A stretch of DNA of 64,000 nucleotides, taken from assembly GCA_963662285.2 (NCBI GenBank), contig CAXXMV010000008.1, positions 832,001 to 896,000 on the forward strand, read 5' to 3'. The first letter of the stretch is position 1, and every line of letters begins with the position of its first letter. Position numbers and translations under genes: made by a program. The notes under the pieces are model-generated. The model saw nothing but the letters and a program-made list of their open reading frames with translations, had not been told where the DNA came from and did not search any database. This stretch comes from a bacterium. Its GTDB lineage: Bacteria > Hinthialibacterota > Hinthialibacteria > Hinthialibacterales > Hinthialibacteraceae. Shown piece by piece: positions 21,067 to 32,075 of this stretch.

Positions 21067-23241
21067 ATGCACAAAATATCAATTTTACTATTTGGACTAC
21101 TGATTATCTGCCCCATGAGTTATGCGGCCGATGACACGGATATCTGGATCGCTGGCTTTGAATGGGAAGAAGACAGTTTCGATTGGGTGTTTAGCGGCGG
21201 TAAAGTGGCTTACTCAGTTGGCGACGATCCCGAAGTGGACGGCGCCCCGCGCCTCGAAGGCGAAAGCGGTCTATTAGTGGAATACTCGGCCGATCAAGGT
21301 GACACCTATGGCACGTCCACAATGCAATTCACTTCGGCGATAGATCTGACCGGCATGCGTGAACTGCATATTTCATTCTACTTTTTCCCCGATGCGGAAG
21401 CTCATTCCAGCAATGGATATATCATGCGCTTTTCAATCCCCGGCGGGATTGGCTTGGGCGAGCACACCGTCCCCGGCGCTGGTGAATGGCATGAACTGGT
21501 CATCCCCATTGATCCCTACAGTTCTGAAAACGAATTGTCCAGCATCAATCAACTTCAGATTATTTTCATGCCCGGCGAAATGGTCACCGGTCGGGTCTAC
21601 ATCGATAATATCTTCGCACGCCGTCCGGCCAACGCCCCTGGAATAGCAATGGAAACCATTTATGGCTTGAATAAAACCAATGCCAATAATACAGCGCCTG
21701 AAGGTTGGGCTAATTCTAACGGGGAAGCGCCCATCATGGGCGACGCCGTAGCCGTTCCCAGCGAAGGCGCAGATTACATGGAAATGATTCTCAGCGGCGC
21801 ATGGGAAATCAACGCCACAACCATCAATGCCATCAACGATTTCGATAAATGGGATCAAACCATTGGCATTGTTTGCGACGCCATGATGAGCGATTCATTT
21901 GATGGTTCATGGCACAATTTCATGTTAAGAGTCACATCGAGCACTGGTGGAACGCTAACCTTGCCTATCCGCGCTACCGGAGGATGGAAAGGCGAATGGC
22001 ATACCATCGGTTGGGGATTGGACATCGGACCCCATCTGGCTGCCATTCAAAGCGGCGGAACATTCAACCTGCAATTCGTCACCCAGAGCGCTGATGGAAC
22101 CGGTGGTTCAATTTACGTCGATAATATCCGCGCAGTCCTCTCCACTTCATATACTATGGTCACCCGTTCCATCAATCCCAAACAGTATGAAGGCGGCGAA
22201 ACCTTCAACATCACGCTCGACATCAATAACTCCGAAGATGGCAAGCAAGTAACCATTGAAGAAATATTGCCCGAAGGATTCAGCGCCGCTGCTATCAGCG
22301 ATGGTGGAACCTTAGCCGATGGCAAAATCACCTGGGATCTAACTATCCCAGCTGGTCAAACCTCCTTGACCTACCAATGCACCTCTCCAGCAACGCCAAC
22401 CGGACAGGCCTATTGGTCCGGTACTGCATTAGGCGATGATATCCGGGGCGCAGTTACATCATTCTTTATATCCCCTGAATTAAAAGAGACCATGGTTTCA
22501 GCGCCGAAACTATCCAACACCGTAACCCTGGACGGTAAACTTGATCCGGCTGAATATGATGGCGCCAACTCATATTTCTTCGATCATGATACATCCAACG
22601 GCAACGTGGCGCCTGGAGTGCATATTACCGGCACGGAATATCCGTCCGCCGAAGAAAATGTCACCTTCCAAATTTTCCATGATGATACTTATATTTACGT
22701 TGGTATGGATGTCGTCGATCCCAGTCTTAATTTTGACGGCAGCACAGCTGGTTATCAAAACGATAGCGCGGAAATCTATTTCGATGGCAACATGTCCCGC
22801 TCCGCCAATAAAGAACAGACTCCGTTTGGTCCACAGTTGACAGTGGTTGGCGATGGCAGCATAGCCTCATCCAATGGCTCGGCCCTCGATGTCCAGGCTA
22901 TCGGTAACGGCAATTTCACCGAAGAAGGCAGAGATTCCGCCTCCGGTCCGGTCTATTGGGGATTCGGCGCGGCGCCCAAAGACGACAACTCCGGATATAT
23001 AGTTGAATACCGCGTTGACAAGACCGTCATCCTTGATCCGGCGGATCGTACTCTATTAGGATTCGACATCCTCATGAACAGTTCCGAAGCAGGTCTAGTC
23101 GATACCCGCACCGGTAAATGGGGTTGGCACTCAACCGGTCCTGATGGCGTGGTAGGCGAATTCTGGGACGACGAAACCGGATGGGGCCTATTAACCATCC
23201 TGGACGGCGGTACCAGTGTTTCTGATTGGAGCCTGTTCTAG
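21067..23241 (+). CDS. Large secreted protein with carbohydrate-binding-like beta-sandwich domains and a C-terminal CBM9/DOMON-like domain
   Basis: Signal peptide; repeated G.(I/V)Y(I/V)DNI strands; VTLDGKLD...DDTYIYVG...DSAEIYFD; ends TSVSDWSLF. Confidence 0.65.
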   Translation: MHKISILLFGLLIICPMSYAADDTDIWIAGFEWEEDSFDWVFSGGKVAYSVGDDPEVDGAPRLEGESGLLVEYSADQGDTYGTSTMQFTSAIDLTGMRELHISFYFFPDAEAHSSNGYIMRFSIPGGIGLGEHTVPGAGEWHELVIPIDPYSSENELSSINQLQIIFMPGEMVTGRVYIDNIFARRPANAPGIAMETIYGLNKTNANNTAPEGWANSNGEAPIMGDAVAVPSEGADYMEMILSGAWEINATTINAINDFDKWDQTIGIVCDAMMSDSFDGSWHNFMLRVTSSTGGTLTLPIRATGGWKGEWHTIGWGLDIGPHLAAIQSGGTFNLQFVTQSADGTGGSIYVDNIRAVLSTSYTMVTRSINPKQYEGGETFNITLDINNSEDGKQVTIEEILPEGFSAAAISDGGTLADGKITWDLTIPAGQTSLTYQCTSPATPTGQAYWSGTALGDDIRGAVTSFFISPELKETMVSAPKLSNTVTLDGKLDPAEYDGANSYFFDHDTSNGNVAPGVHITGTEYPSAEENVTFQIFHDDTYIYVGMDVVDPSLNFDGSTAGYQNDSAEIYFDGNMSRSANKEQTPFGPQLTVVGDGSIASSNGSALDVQAIGNGNFTEEGRDSASGPVYWGFGAAPKDDNSGYIVEYRVDKTVILDPADRTLLGFDILMNSSEAGLVDTRTGKWGWHSTGPDGVVGEFWDDETGWGLLTILDGGTSVSDWSLF

Positions 23242-23271
23242 CAAACCTGTAAACAGTCTAAAGTAAGTAAT

Positions 23272-23305
23272 TTGAGGGTGGGCTAAAATTATAGCCCACC
23301 CTCAA
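23272..23305. terminator. Hairpin related to family B, probable terminator
   Basis: TTGAGGGTGGGCTA / TAGCCCACCCTCAA stem 30 bp after the stop; the U-tract is weak. Confidence 0.5.
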
Positions 23306-23494
23306 TTATTACATGCAGGCGCCAGCAAGTAGCTGTGAGTATGAGATATAAACGCCAGTATAACCCGTCAAATCCACTTATTCCCAACCATACCCTCCCC
23401 ATCAAAAAACACCTGTCTTTTATTTTCATCAGACAACAACCTATACCCTGTTATATAATATAAATCAATCAATCCTTTTGAACTGGAGGGAATC

Positions 23495-24022
23495 ATGAAA
23501 GCATTTTTTACTTTTGTCTTCGGCATGTTAATCATCTCCGTCATTTCCTGGTTCCTGCTCACTTATGTACTGGTATCGGATGTGCAACGCGTTGAACGTA
23601 CCATAGAGAAAGCCCGGCGCTGCTTCGAAAACGGCGCCCTGATCAGCTTGGCCAATATGTTCGCCAAGGATTATCAGCACGAGAACGGCCTGGGACGCGA
23701 CGAAGCCCTTGGCGCACTCAAAGAACTTTTCCAACAGACCTCAGATATTCGCATACGTTTGATCAGCTCATCAACCAAGGTTGATGGCGCCCTGGCCCAA
23801 TCAACCGTGCGCTTCCTCTTTTCGGGTAAATCACTCCATACCTATCCCTATATTCAATCTCTTCTTTCCAACGCTTCAAAAGAAAGTAAAGAAATTCATA
23901 TTACATTCATTAAAGATGGACGTTCGTGGAAAATTCATCGTACCTCTATCAAAGTGGTTAGAGTACAGGCGCGCGCCCGTAATATTCAACCAGAGTTTCT
24001 CGCATCGGTGCGCAACGATTAA
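23495..24022 (+). CDS. Membrane-anchored hypothetical protein, possibly NTF2/SnoaL-like
   Basis: RBS GGAGG, one N-terminal TM segment, FAKDY..NG pattern and C-terminal F.KDGRSWKI. Confidence 0.55.
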   Translation: MKAFFTFVFGMLIISVISWFLLTYVLVSDVQRVERTIEKARRCFENGALISLANMFAKDYQHENGLGRDEALGALKELFQQTSDIRIRLISSSTKVDGALAQSTVRFLFSGKSLHTYPYIQSLLSNASKESKEIHITFIKDGRSWKIHRTSIKVVRVQARARNIQPEFLASVRND

Positions 24023-24205
24023 TTCTCCTCAGACTCCAACCACAATTACAATAACGTTGTCAACATCTTCCCTCTACATCAAGTTACGGGTAGGATTAGA
24101 GCGGTTAACAACCGCATAGACGCACGTTGTTTTGAAAATCACTGGCACTCGTAATATAATAATTATTATCAAAATAAAATCATTACCAGATCATTTAATT
24201 TATTC

Positions 24206-24958
24206 ATGAATATGAACCAAAACAGAGTTATTCGCGAACAGGAACATTTCGATAAACTTGCCCAGGATACCGGTGAAATCTGGTGGGGAAGCGCCACTCC
24301 GGCAGGCAAATTACGCAAGCAACGGCGCGCCAGGCTGATTCTGGATGCCATCAGCTCCTATGATGATCCACTGGTTTTGGAATTAGGCTGCGGCACCGGC
24401 GCCTTGACGCGCTATATTCTGGACATGAATCCAACGTTGCGGCTGATTGGATTCGACGTCTCGCCGCTTTGCATCAAAGAAGCCATTGAGCGTTTTCAGC
24501 AGTTTAAAAGAGTCGATTTTCAAGTCGCCAATGCTTATCAGTTGCCCTTCAAAGACAACATCGCCGAAGCGGTGATTGGCGCATCAGTCATTCATCATCT
24601 GGATGTCGAAAAATCCTTGCAGGAATGTTTCCGGGTTCTTAAACCGGGCGGTTCGGTCTGGTTTTCTGAACCGAACATGATGAATCCCCAAGTCGCCATT
24701 GAAAAGAACATCCACTTCATCGGCCGCTTGTTGGATAATACCGACGATGAGACAGCTTTCTTTCGCTGGCGCCTGGCCCGACAACTGCGGGACGCCGGAT
24801 TCGACAAGGTCTGCGTCACGCCCTACGATTTCATGCATCCCATCATCCCCAAACCGCTGATCCCTTTAATCAATGGATTAGGATTATTACTCGAATCAAT
24901 CCCCATTGCCAGAGAGATTTCAGGATCACTGATCGTCCAAGCTGAGAAGCCAAAATGA
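24206..24958 (+). CDS. Class I SAM-dependent methyltransferase
   Basis: VLELGCGTG, LPF and RVLKPGG motifs. Confidence 0.9.
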   Translation: MNMNQNRVIREQEHFDKLAQDTGEIWWGSATPAGKLRKQRRARLILDAISSYDDPLVLELGCGTGALTRYILDMNPTLRLIGFDVSPLCIKEAIERFQQFKRVDFQVANAYQLPFKDNIAEAVIGASVIHHLDVEKSLQECFRVLKPGGSVWFSEPNMMNPQVAIEKNIHFIGRLLDNTDDETAFFRWRLARQLRDAGFDKVCVTPYDFMHPIIPKPLIPLINGLGLLLESIPIAREISGSLIVQAEKPK

Positions 24959-25132
24959 AGCCGTTAATTTGTAAAAAAAATTCATACAAAAAACTCCATC
25001 TCTTAGAACCATCTCTTAGTCTCCTCTCCCCACAGGAAAGGAATAGCATAAGTAATATTCTAAATCTACTCAAGCGTAGGATGGGTCAGCCTCACCGACC
25101 CATCACAAATCCACCCCTGACGACTAAAACCT

Positions 25133-27103
25133 ATGAATAATAAAACCTATCCAATCCAATTCTTATTTCTGTTGATCTGGTGGATTAGTTTTCTGATCTA
25201 CCCCCTGTGGCATCTACCAGTTTCGGTGAAAATGCAGAGCGTTGCCTGCATCGGTTTATTCGCCGTAATGATAATATGCAGTCTATTATTCCGCGCAATA
25301 TGCCAATTAAAGTTCGATGAGGGCGCCATCCAAAATCAAGTAGGGTGCGCCTCTTGTGGGCGCCCGTTCGATGAGAGCGCCATTCCAGACCAGCCATCAA
25401 GAGACATCATCTTTTTCATGATTCTCTTCGGCGCTGTCTTCCTGCTCCATATTCCATTCCTGAACGCCCCGGTATTAACCGGATTGGATACCATCGATCA
25501 TGGCGCCGTCCCCGCAGTCATCGCGCAAAAGATTGTAGAACCAATCAACCGGGCGCTGGGATTTTCGATAAGACCCATATTATCAACTATGGTTCTCGCC
25601 TGGTTGACGGCGCTGCTATGCTTTTCCGGCCTGCGCAGCAAAATGGCTGAGATTTTTCACCGGATCGCCGCAACGGCCATGCAGCGCTACTGGGTCGCCA
25701 TAGCCATCATGGGCGGCGTAACCGCGATCTTTGCTATGGCATTGATAAAATCATCCATCCTCAATAGTTTTGACGACCTCAATCCACTGTTTCGTTATCC
25801 CCCGGTTTCCAAGTTGATCGCCATTCCGGTCTATATCTGCTTTGGACTTCATGAATGGATAAGCCGTGTTATTCAGATCGGCTTCACTTTCGGCGGGGCC
25901 ATATATATATACTATCTGGCCGGATTGTTCGGTGGGAAAACATCGTCGCGGGCTGCGGCTATACTCTTTGTTCTGTTGCCGCCCATTTTTCATTACGGCA
26001 ATACGGTAATGATCGAAGGCGGGACGCTGTTTCTGGTATTGGCCGGTTTCTTTTATTGGATTAGATTCATCGAACATAAGCGCCGCAATGATTTGATTCT
26101 GGGAACCCTTTTCGCTACTATGGCCTGTTTATATAAACACACTGCGGTCTGCCTGATTCCCGGTTTCGCTTTGATGACCTGCTACGATACAATGTTTCCC
26201 CGCACCAAACGTACATTGCAATATTTCCTGCCATCCGTGCTGGCCTGCCTGATTCCGGCTATCACCATTGTTTTATACATGAAGTTATCAGGATTCAATT
26301 CAGACGTGCCATCGCAGTTGAAACTACCAACCCTGGCAGTGTTACTCGGTAATCTTAAAGCAATGACTGAAGGCGTCACGCCTGTCATCGCCGCATTATT
26401 CCTGGCCGGTCTTATCGCCCTGCCCTTGATGCGTAAATGGAGAACATTCTGGATTCTTTTTGGTTGGATTGCCGCCCACTATATTCTGACCTGCATGTCC
26501 AAGGCATCCCTGAACGTACGGCAGGCTCTGCCTTATTACCTGGGTTTGATGATACCTGCGGCGTTATTGCTCGAAAGAATCACCAACGCCCGGCGCTGGA
26601 TGCAAATCGCATTGGTATATACCGCTCTTCCGCTATTTTTGATATGGTCATGCCTGTTTATGGATAGAACGCAGGATTATAAACAAATCGGACGCGCCAT
26701 GGGCGACCGTTCTTACATCAATTTCGCCAATTGGCGCAGCATGTATCTCCCCTATCCGCAAACCATTGAACGATTGAAAGAATTAACCAGTCCGGGCGAT
26801 GTGATCTACGCGCCCATGACCAACGAACCGGTATATTTTTATATAGCGAAATTTAATCTTGAGGATCGAATTTACCAACGTGAATTATGGGCGCCGAAAA
26901 CCGGACAAACCCTCGACTCCTTGATGGATCATTGCCGCAGCATTAAAGCAAAATGGTTGGTTTTTCCTGCCGGCCGCTGGTTGTATGCAGACGCCAATCT
27001 GGCTTTGATAGAACAATTATTCGATCAAGCCCCCCCAGGCTTGGTTTTAACCGATGTTATCCAACAAGGCCAGGAAAAAATCGGCATTTGGAAAGTGCAA
27101 TAA
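25133..27103 (+). CDS. GT-C fold membrane glycosyltransferase (ArnT/PMT-like)
   Basis: Many TM segments; YPP motif, ISR, MIEG and ACLYK motifs. Confidence 0.7.
   Translation: MNNKTYPIQFLFLLIWWISFLIYPLWHLPVSVKMQSVACIGLFAVMIICSLLFRAICQLKFDEGAIQNQVGCASCGRPFDESAIPDQPSRDIIFFMILFGAVFLLHIPFLNAPVLTGLDTIDHGAVPAVIAQKIVEPINRALGFSIRPILSTMVLAWLTALLCFSGLRSKMAEIFHRIAATAMQRYWVAIAIMGGVTAIFAMALIKSSILNSFDDLNPLFRYPPVSKLIAIPVYICFGLHEWISRVIQIGFTFGGAIYIYYLAGLFGGKTSSRAAAILFVLLPPIFHYGNTVMIEGGTLFLVLAGFFYWIRFIEHKRRNDLILGTLFATMACLYKHTAVCLIPGFALMTCYDTMFPRTKRTLQYFLPSVLACLIPAITIVLYMKLSGFNSDVPSQLKLPTLAVLLGNLKAMTEGVTPVIAALFLAGLIALPLMRKWRTFWILFGWIAAHYILTCMSKASLNVRQALPYYLGLMIPAALLLERITNARRWMQIALVYTALPLFLIWSCLFMDRTQDYKQIGRAMGDRSYINFANWRSMYLPYPQTIERLKELTSPGDVIYAPMTNEPVYFYIAKFNLEDRIYQRELWAPKTGQTLDSLMDHCRSIKAKWLVFPAGRWLYADANLALIEQLFDQAPPGLVLTDVIQQGQEKIGIWKVQ
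25340..25365 (+). repeat. Family C REP hairpin inside a coding sequence
   Basis: GTAGGGTGCGCCTCTTGTGGGCGCCC is nearly identical to the intergenic copies at 8095 and 31212. Confidence 0.85.
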
Positions 27104-27122
27104 TTCCTCTAAATAAGCCTCT

Positions 27123-27908
27123 CTATTTATCATGAATGTGCATACCGCTGGGTCTTGATGCAACTGATCCACCATCCGTTTGGGGTTGAGTGAGGGGCGC
27201 CGGGACGCCCGAAGCAATAGAACGCCGGTTATCCAGCGCTTCATCTTTCAAGCAATCATCGCATTTGGTTTTTCCCGTGGTCAACTCCTTGCCGCAACCC
27301 TGACATTTGGTTTTAGATCTCGCAATCGTCAAGCGCTTGATCCGCTCAAGTTCCTCGATCATCGAATGAATGACGGCAGCTCCGTCATCCCGTGATTCAG
27401 GAATATTATACACATTCTCAAAAGCTTCACATTCATCCTTATCCGGCGCGGGATTCTGTAAAAAGTCATAAACCTGATCCCGCACTATTTGATACATAGG
27501 ATCGCATACTATCATGGGAGGCGACAGATTCTTTTCCGCACGCATAGTATCAATAAAACGATAAGCCACCATATGAGCAAACCAGACGCCCTCCGACTTA
27601 AGGGCTTTATTATATCTCTGGCAACGCGCGGCGAAATTATATGGAAATTTATTTATAACATTAAAAAGTTCCATTTCCTGAACTGCTTCTTTTTCTGTTT
27701 TCAAATCTTCTTTCGCCGTTTTATCCAGTTTCTTGGTTTGTCCAGCGCTATAAAGTAGATCACGGCATATAGCCAGAACGAAAGATGTCATATTTTTAGA
27801 ACACATTTTGCAATATGGGATGTTCTCCAGGCGTTCTTGCCCGCAATAAGGGCAGATACTACCATCCCATACAACCTCTATTTCCACCTCAGGAGCATTT
27901 CCCAACAT
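27123..27908 (-). CDS. Hypothetical protein with two zinc ribbons, reminiscent of flagellar-operon YvyF
   Basis: CPYC..CKMC and CQGCGK..TG..CDDC motifs; GMH tail. Confidence 0.55.
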   Translation of the reverse strand: MLGNAPEVEIEVVWDGSICPYCGQERLENIPYCKMCSKNMTSFVLAICRDLLYSAGQTKKLDKTAKEDLKTEKEAVQEMELFNVINKFPYNFAARCQRYNKALKSEGVWFAHMVAYRFIDTMRAEKNLSPPMIVCDPMYQIVRDQVYDFLQNPAPDKDECEAFENVYNIPESRDDGAAVIHSMIEELERIKRLTIARSKTKCQGCGKELTTGKTKCDDCLKDEALDNRRSIASGVPAPLTQPQTDGGSVASRPSGMHIHDK

Positions 27909-28341
27909 TTTCTTTGATCTCCTAATTACAATGCCTATTTATTAAATAGTACTTATTTTTTAATAATTCATCCGATCTAATAGTTTCATATAAATTCGCT
28001 ATAATTGACTCACCCGATATTAGAATAATTTATTATGAATATTCAATCAACCTTAATTTAATAAACTATATATCAATTTCACCGCAAAATCAGTAAATTC
28101 CATACCTCTATCGATAGAAAGCAAAATCGGGAACTTACTACCTAAATCAATAAAAATATAGATTGACCAGAATTATTAAAATTTAAATTTAAATCGCAAA
28201 ACCCCTTGTCATAAATATAGTTAAATCAAACTATTAAAATTGTTGCGATAAATTAGATACAACTTTTTACATTAATTTGAAAACTACGCCCTCCTTTTTC
28301 GTTACTATCTTATAGAAAACCTAGTCATGAGGTGAGCAATC

Positions 28342-29331
28342 GTGGCAACAGTTCTACACCAATTTCGTAATGAAGAAGAGCAGGAACAAATAAAACTCTT
28401 TTATTTAGAACGACTAATGGATCAATTAGATTCAGGATGCGCCTATATGGCTAGAGCGACGTTTCTTCGCTATAGAGCGCATTTTGAGTCCATCCTCCAA
28501 TCCAGTCATATAAATCGATTAGAGCAAACCACTCAACAGCAGAGCGTCTGGAATCATAATGATGAATTAATTTTCCTGGATCGCATGAAAAATGCATGGC
28601 TCTTCGGAGAATATAAAACCGTGCATGATTGCGGACATGAAATTCTGCTTCATCAGCGCGATAAAAAAGATGCCAATTTAGAATTGATCGAACAGGTTCA
28701 AAACCTGCTCGCATCTAATAATGCTTATTACATTGAACCCGACAGCATCAACATCAACACCTTCGTCAACGCCAAGGTGGCCTTTGTGGTGGGACAACGG
28801 AAATCACAGAGTAATCCGGGAAAACTGCTGAATGGCAATCCCGGCTTTTACCTGAAGGATGCATGCGGCATGCGATACCGCTGCTTCATTAAACAGGTAA
28901 ATGATATTGAGGAAGGCGCTGAATTAAAACTGAAGATCACTAATATACCTGGCCTGGTCTTTGCCACTCTGAACACCCAGGAACCGATAATCTATCTGGA
29001 ACCGCGCACAATACCGGGTGAGACCATAGAAATCGAAATCGGCAGCCTGTCCCACACCGAGAACAGTTTCACCTTTAGGCATCATAGTTACGATGGTTTT
29101 TTATGGTTTAAGCGGCACGGCGTCAACAAGAGAATTTTTAATAAAGCCACCCTGCGTCCGGGAGACCGGATCACCGCCCGCGTACTATATACCTCGGAAG
29201 AAGAAAAACGGTCTTCTTCCGGCAACATCACCCGTTTGGGTATTATTAAAGCTATACCGCTGAGGCGGGTCGTTCCGGTATCGACCCTGATGGTTGATCA
29301 AGAAAACGGCGTTGCCAAAGCTCTAAACTGA
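28342..29331 (+). CDS. Hypothetical protein with a helical N-terminus and possible OB/S1-like C-terminal domains
   Basis: 329-aa ORF with RBS GAGGTG; beta-rich segments such as LRPGDRITARVL. Confidence 0.6.
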   Translation: MATVLHQFRNEEEQEQIKLFYLERLMDQLDSGCAYMARATFLRYRAHFESILQSSHINRLEQTTQQQSVWNHNDELIFLDRMKNAWLFGEYKTVHDCGHEILLHQRDKKDANLELIEQVQNLLASNNAYYIEPDSININTFVNAKVAFVVGQRKSQSNPGKLLNGNPGFYLKDACGMRYRCFIKQVNDIEEGAELKLKITNIPGLVFATLNTQEPIIYLEPRTIPGETIEIEIGSLSHTENSFTFRHHSYDGFLWFKRHGVNKRIFNKATLRPGDRITARVLYTSEEEKRSSSGNITRLGIIKAIPLRRVVPVSTLMVDQENGVAKALN

Positions 29332-31195
29332 GGAGAATCCATAACTGGTTGTTATAGTCTCTTCTCCCGTCTTGATGATCCCTTAATACCTGATCAACCG
29401 ACCGGGGGTTAAAAAGCCCCCGGCGGTTGACGGTAGAGACGGAACAGACATCTTCTATCATCTCCCGCAAATCGCCCCTGAACCATTCACCCACCGGAAT
29501 CTCAAAACCATGCTTGCGCCGGTCCAGAATCTCATCGGGCAGCGCATCGCGAAACGCTTCTTTTAGAATCCATTTAGTCGTCTTGCCATGCAATTTCGCA
29601 TTGCTTGGCAGCGAACATCCCCACTCAACAAACTTGTGATCCAGAAACGGCACCCGCACTTCCAGCGAATGCAGCATCGACATCCGGTCAACCTTGCGCA
29701 GCATATCCGCCGCCAGGTTATGACGCAAATCCACCCACAACATCCGGTTCAGATCATCAAAGCGAGGCATCTCATCAAACAACTCTCTCCGGTAATTCCA
29801 GGGAGCATTAAAATCGATTTCGTTTAATATTTCCCGCCTCAACAACGGTCCGCGAATCTCATCTTCAAAATGGATCGCCCATTTCAAATGCCGTTCAAAC
29901 GGATCAGGGTCAAGGCCACGGAAGAACTTCTTGATCTGACGCAGATAATCCATCACCACATTGGCGTGCGACTCCGGCATCCGGTCAGCCACCGAACGGC
30001 CAAACCAACCCAATATTGGAGCGGGAATAAACGAACAGAATTTCCTGAAATACTCCGCCTGATATTTACGGTATCCCGCGAACAATTCATCGCCCCCGTC
30101 TCCCGAAAGCACAACTTTCACCTGCTCCGCCGCCAGTTTGGATACGAAATAAACCGGCAGGCTCGATGAATCGGCCAGCGGCTCATCCAGTTGCCAGGTG
30201 ACGTCATCCAGCGCATTGAGCAGGTCATTGGGCGATAGATAATGTTCGTAGTGATCAGTCCCGAAACGATCAGATACCAAGCGGGCGTGGGGCGTTTCAT
30301 CGAACAAACCCAATCCTTTATACCCGATGGAAAATGTCTTGAAATCCGACCCGATCTCATCATGCATCAGGGCGGTGAGAACGCTCGAATCGATGCCGCC
30401 GGAAAGAAACGCTCCAACCGGGACATCCGCCAGTAGATGCTGGCGCACCACATCCCGCAAACGTTGCGCCAGTTCTTTGGGATGAGCCTCTTCATCAAGC
30501 GTCTCGATTGATCCGATAGATTCTTCAGGCCGCCAATAACCATGAATATTTATAACGCCATTCTCGAAAACCAGCATCTCGCCGGGGCGTAACTGCCTGA
30601 TTCCCTTAAACATGGTATAAGGAGCGGGAGCGGAGAGATAAGCCAGATATAGGTTTAACGCTTCATGGTCAATTTCGCGTGGAACATCCGCATCCAGCAG
30701 GATTGATTTAATCTCAGAACCAAAGCGCAGGGCCTTGCCGTCGAAATAATAGTACAGTGGTTTAATGCCCAACCGGTCACGTGCCAGAATCAACCTCCGG
30801 CGCTGCGCATCCCACAAGGATACAGCGAACATGCCCTGGGCGTGTTCCAGAAAAGAGTCGCCGTATTCGCGGTAAAGATGCAGAAAACTCTCAGTATCAG
30901 CGTGAGTGCGGTAGGTATATCCTTTGGTTTGCAACTGCTGCTTGATTGAGGGATGGTTATACAACTCGCCGTTATAAGCGATCCAAAAGCGCTGATCTTC
31001 AGTCGACATAGGCATATGCCCGTCGCTCAACCCGATGATCGACAGACGGCGCGATCCCAGACCAACGCCGTCAGCAATATAATGACCTTCATCATCCGGT
31101 CCGCGATGCTGAATAATCCGCGTCATGGATTCTAAAAGCCCACGATTCACTTTAACTTGAGAATCTGTATAAGCAATTCCACATATTCCACACAT
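29252..31195 (-). CDS. asnB: Asparagine synthase (glutamine-hydrolysing) family amidotransferase
   Basis: MCGICG, HRGPD, RRLSII, FLSGGIDSS, SGDGGDELFAGY and EVRVPFLD motifs. Confidence 0.95.
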   Translation of the reverse strand: MCGICGIAYTDSQVKVNRGLLESMTRIIQHRGPDDEGHYIADGVGLGSRRLSIIGLSDGHMPMSTEDQRFWIAYNGELYNHPSIKQQLQTKGYTYRTHADTESFLHLYREYGDSFLEHAQGMFAVSLWDAQRRRLILARDRLGIKPLYYYFDGKALRFGSEIKSILLDADVPREIDHEALNLYLAYLSAPAPYTMFKGIRQLRPGEMLVFENGVINIHGYWRPEESIGSIETLDEEAHPKELAQRLRDVVRQHLLADVPVGAFLSGGIDSSVLTALMHDEIGSDFKTFSIGYKGLGLFDETPHARLVSDRFGTDHYEHYLSPNDLLNALDDVTWQLDEPLADSSSLPVYFVSKLAAEQVKVVLSGDGGDELFAGYRKYQAEYFRKFCSFIPAPILGWFGRSVADRMPESHANVVMDYLRQIKKFFRGLDPDPFERHLKWAIHFEDEIRGPLLRREILNEIDFNAPWNYRRELFDEMPRFDDLNRMLWVDLRHNLAADMLRKVDRMSMLHSLEVRVPFLDHKFVEWGCSLPSNAKLHGKTTKWILKEAFRDALPDEILDRRKHGFEIPVGEWFRGDLREMIEDVCSVSTVNRRGLFNPRSVDQVLRDHQDGRRDYNNQLWILLSLELWQRRFLDQPSGSIPERPASAV

Positions 31196-31211
31196 AGGCG
31201 TTTATTCACCG

Positions 31212-32046
31212 TAGGGTGCGCCCCTAGTGGGCGCCCGAAATTCCCAAGACCAGCAGGTAGCACATGGTGGGCAAAAAGCGAAGTAACACGTAGGGTGTGC
31301 TAAAAGCGAAGCGTAGCCCACCAAAGCCACCTACATCTGAACCATCTTAAATGCAACAGTTTTATTTCAAAAGAGATAGATCAACATCAATCCTCAGAAC
31401 ATAAACAAATCACTCCAAAAATACACCCCCGAAAACCAACCACCAACACCTAATTAATCTCAAAAAAATCCTTGAATCATCACGACGCGCCTGATATTCC
31501 GGGCACCCATGAAGGACGCCCCTACGGGTTTATCATGTGTTTTTTTGTTGGTAAAAATTATTGGATTAACGTAGGTGATCGCATCAAGGGCTGACCGCGT
31601 TGCGGTCTTGCCCTTGGCACCCGCGCCCGCCTGATTAATCCAAAAAAATCCTTGAATCATCACGACGCGCCTGATATTCCGGGCGCCCATGAAGGACGCC
31701 CCTACGGGTTTATCATGTGTTTTTTTTGTTGGTAAAGATCATTGGATTACCATAGGTATAGTCAAGGGCAGAAAGGACACTGCCCTTGGCACCCATCCCG
31801 ATTTTGGTTACGCTTTGTTTTTTTATATTCATCGTTAATTATCATATTGGGCGCCCATGAAGGGCGCCCCTACGGGTTTATCATGTGTTTTTTTTGTTGG
31901 TAAAAGTTATTGGATTACCATAGGTGTAGTCAAGGGCAGAAAGGACACTGCCCTTGGCACCCATCCCGATTTTGGTTACGCTTTGTTTTTTTTATATTCA
32001 TCGTTAATTATCATATTGGGCGCCCATGAAGGACGCCCCTACGGGT
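31212..32046. repeat. Large REP mosaic (families A, B, C) with internal tandem duplications
   Basis: Duplicated blocks with periods of about 180 and about 167 bp; shares modules in inverted orientation with 34387-34590. Confidence 0.9.
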
Positions 32047-32075
32047 TTTTTTAACGATTTTTCCAATGTTATTGT

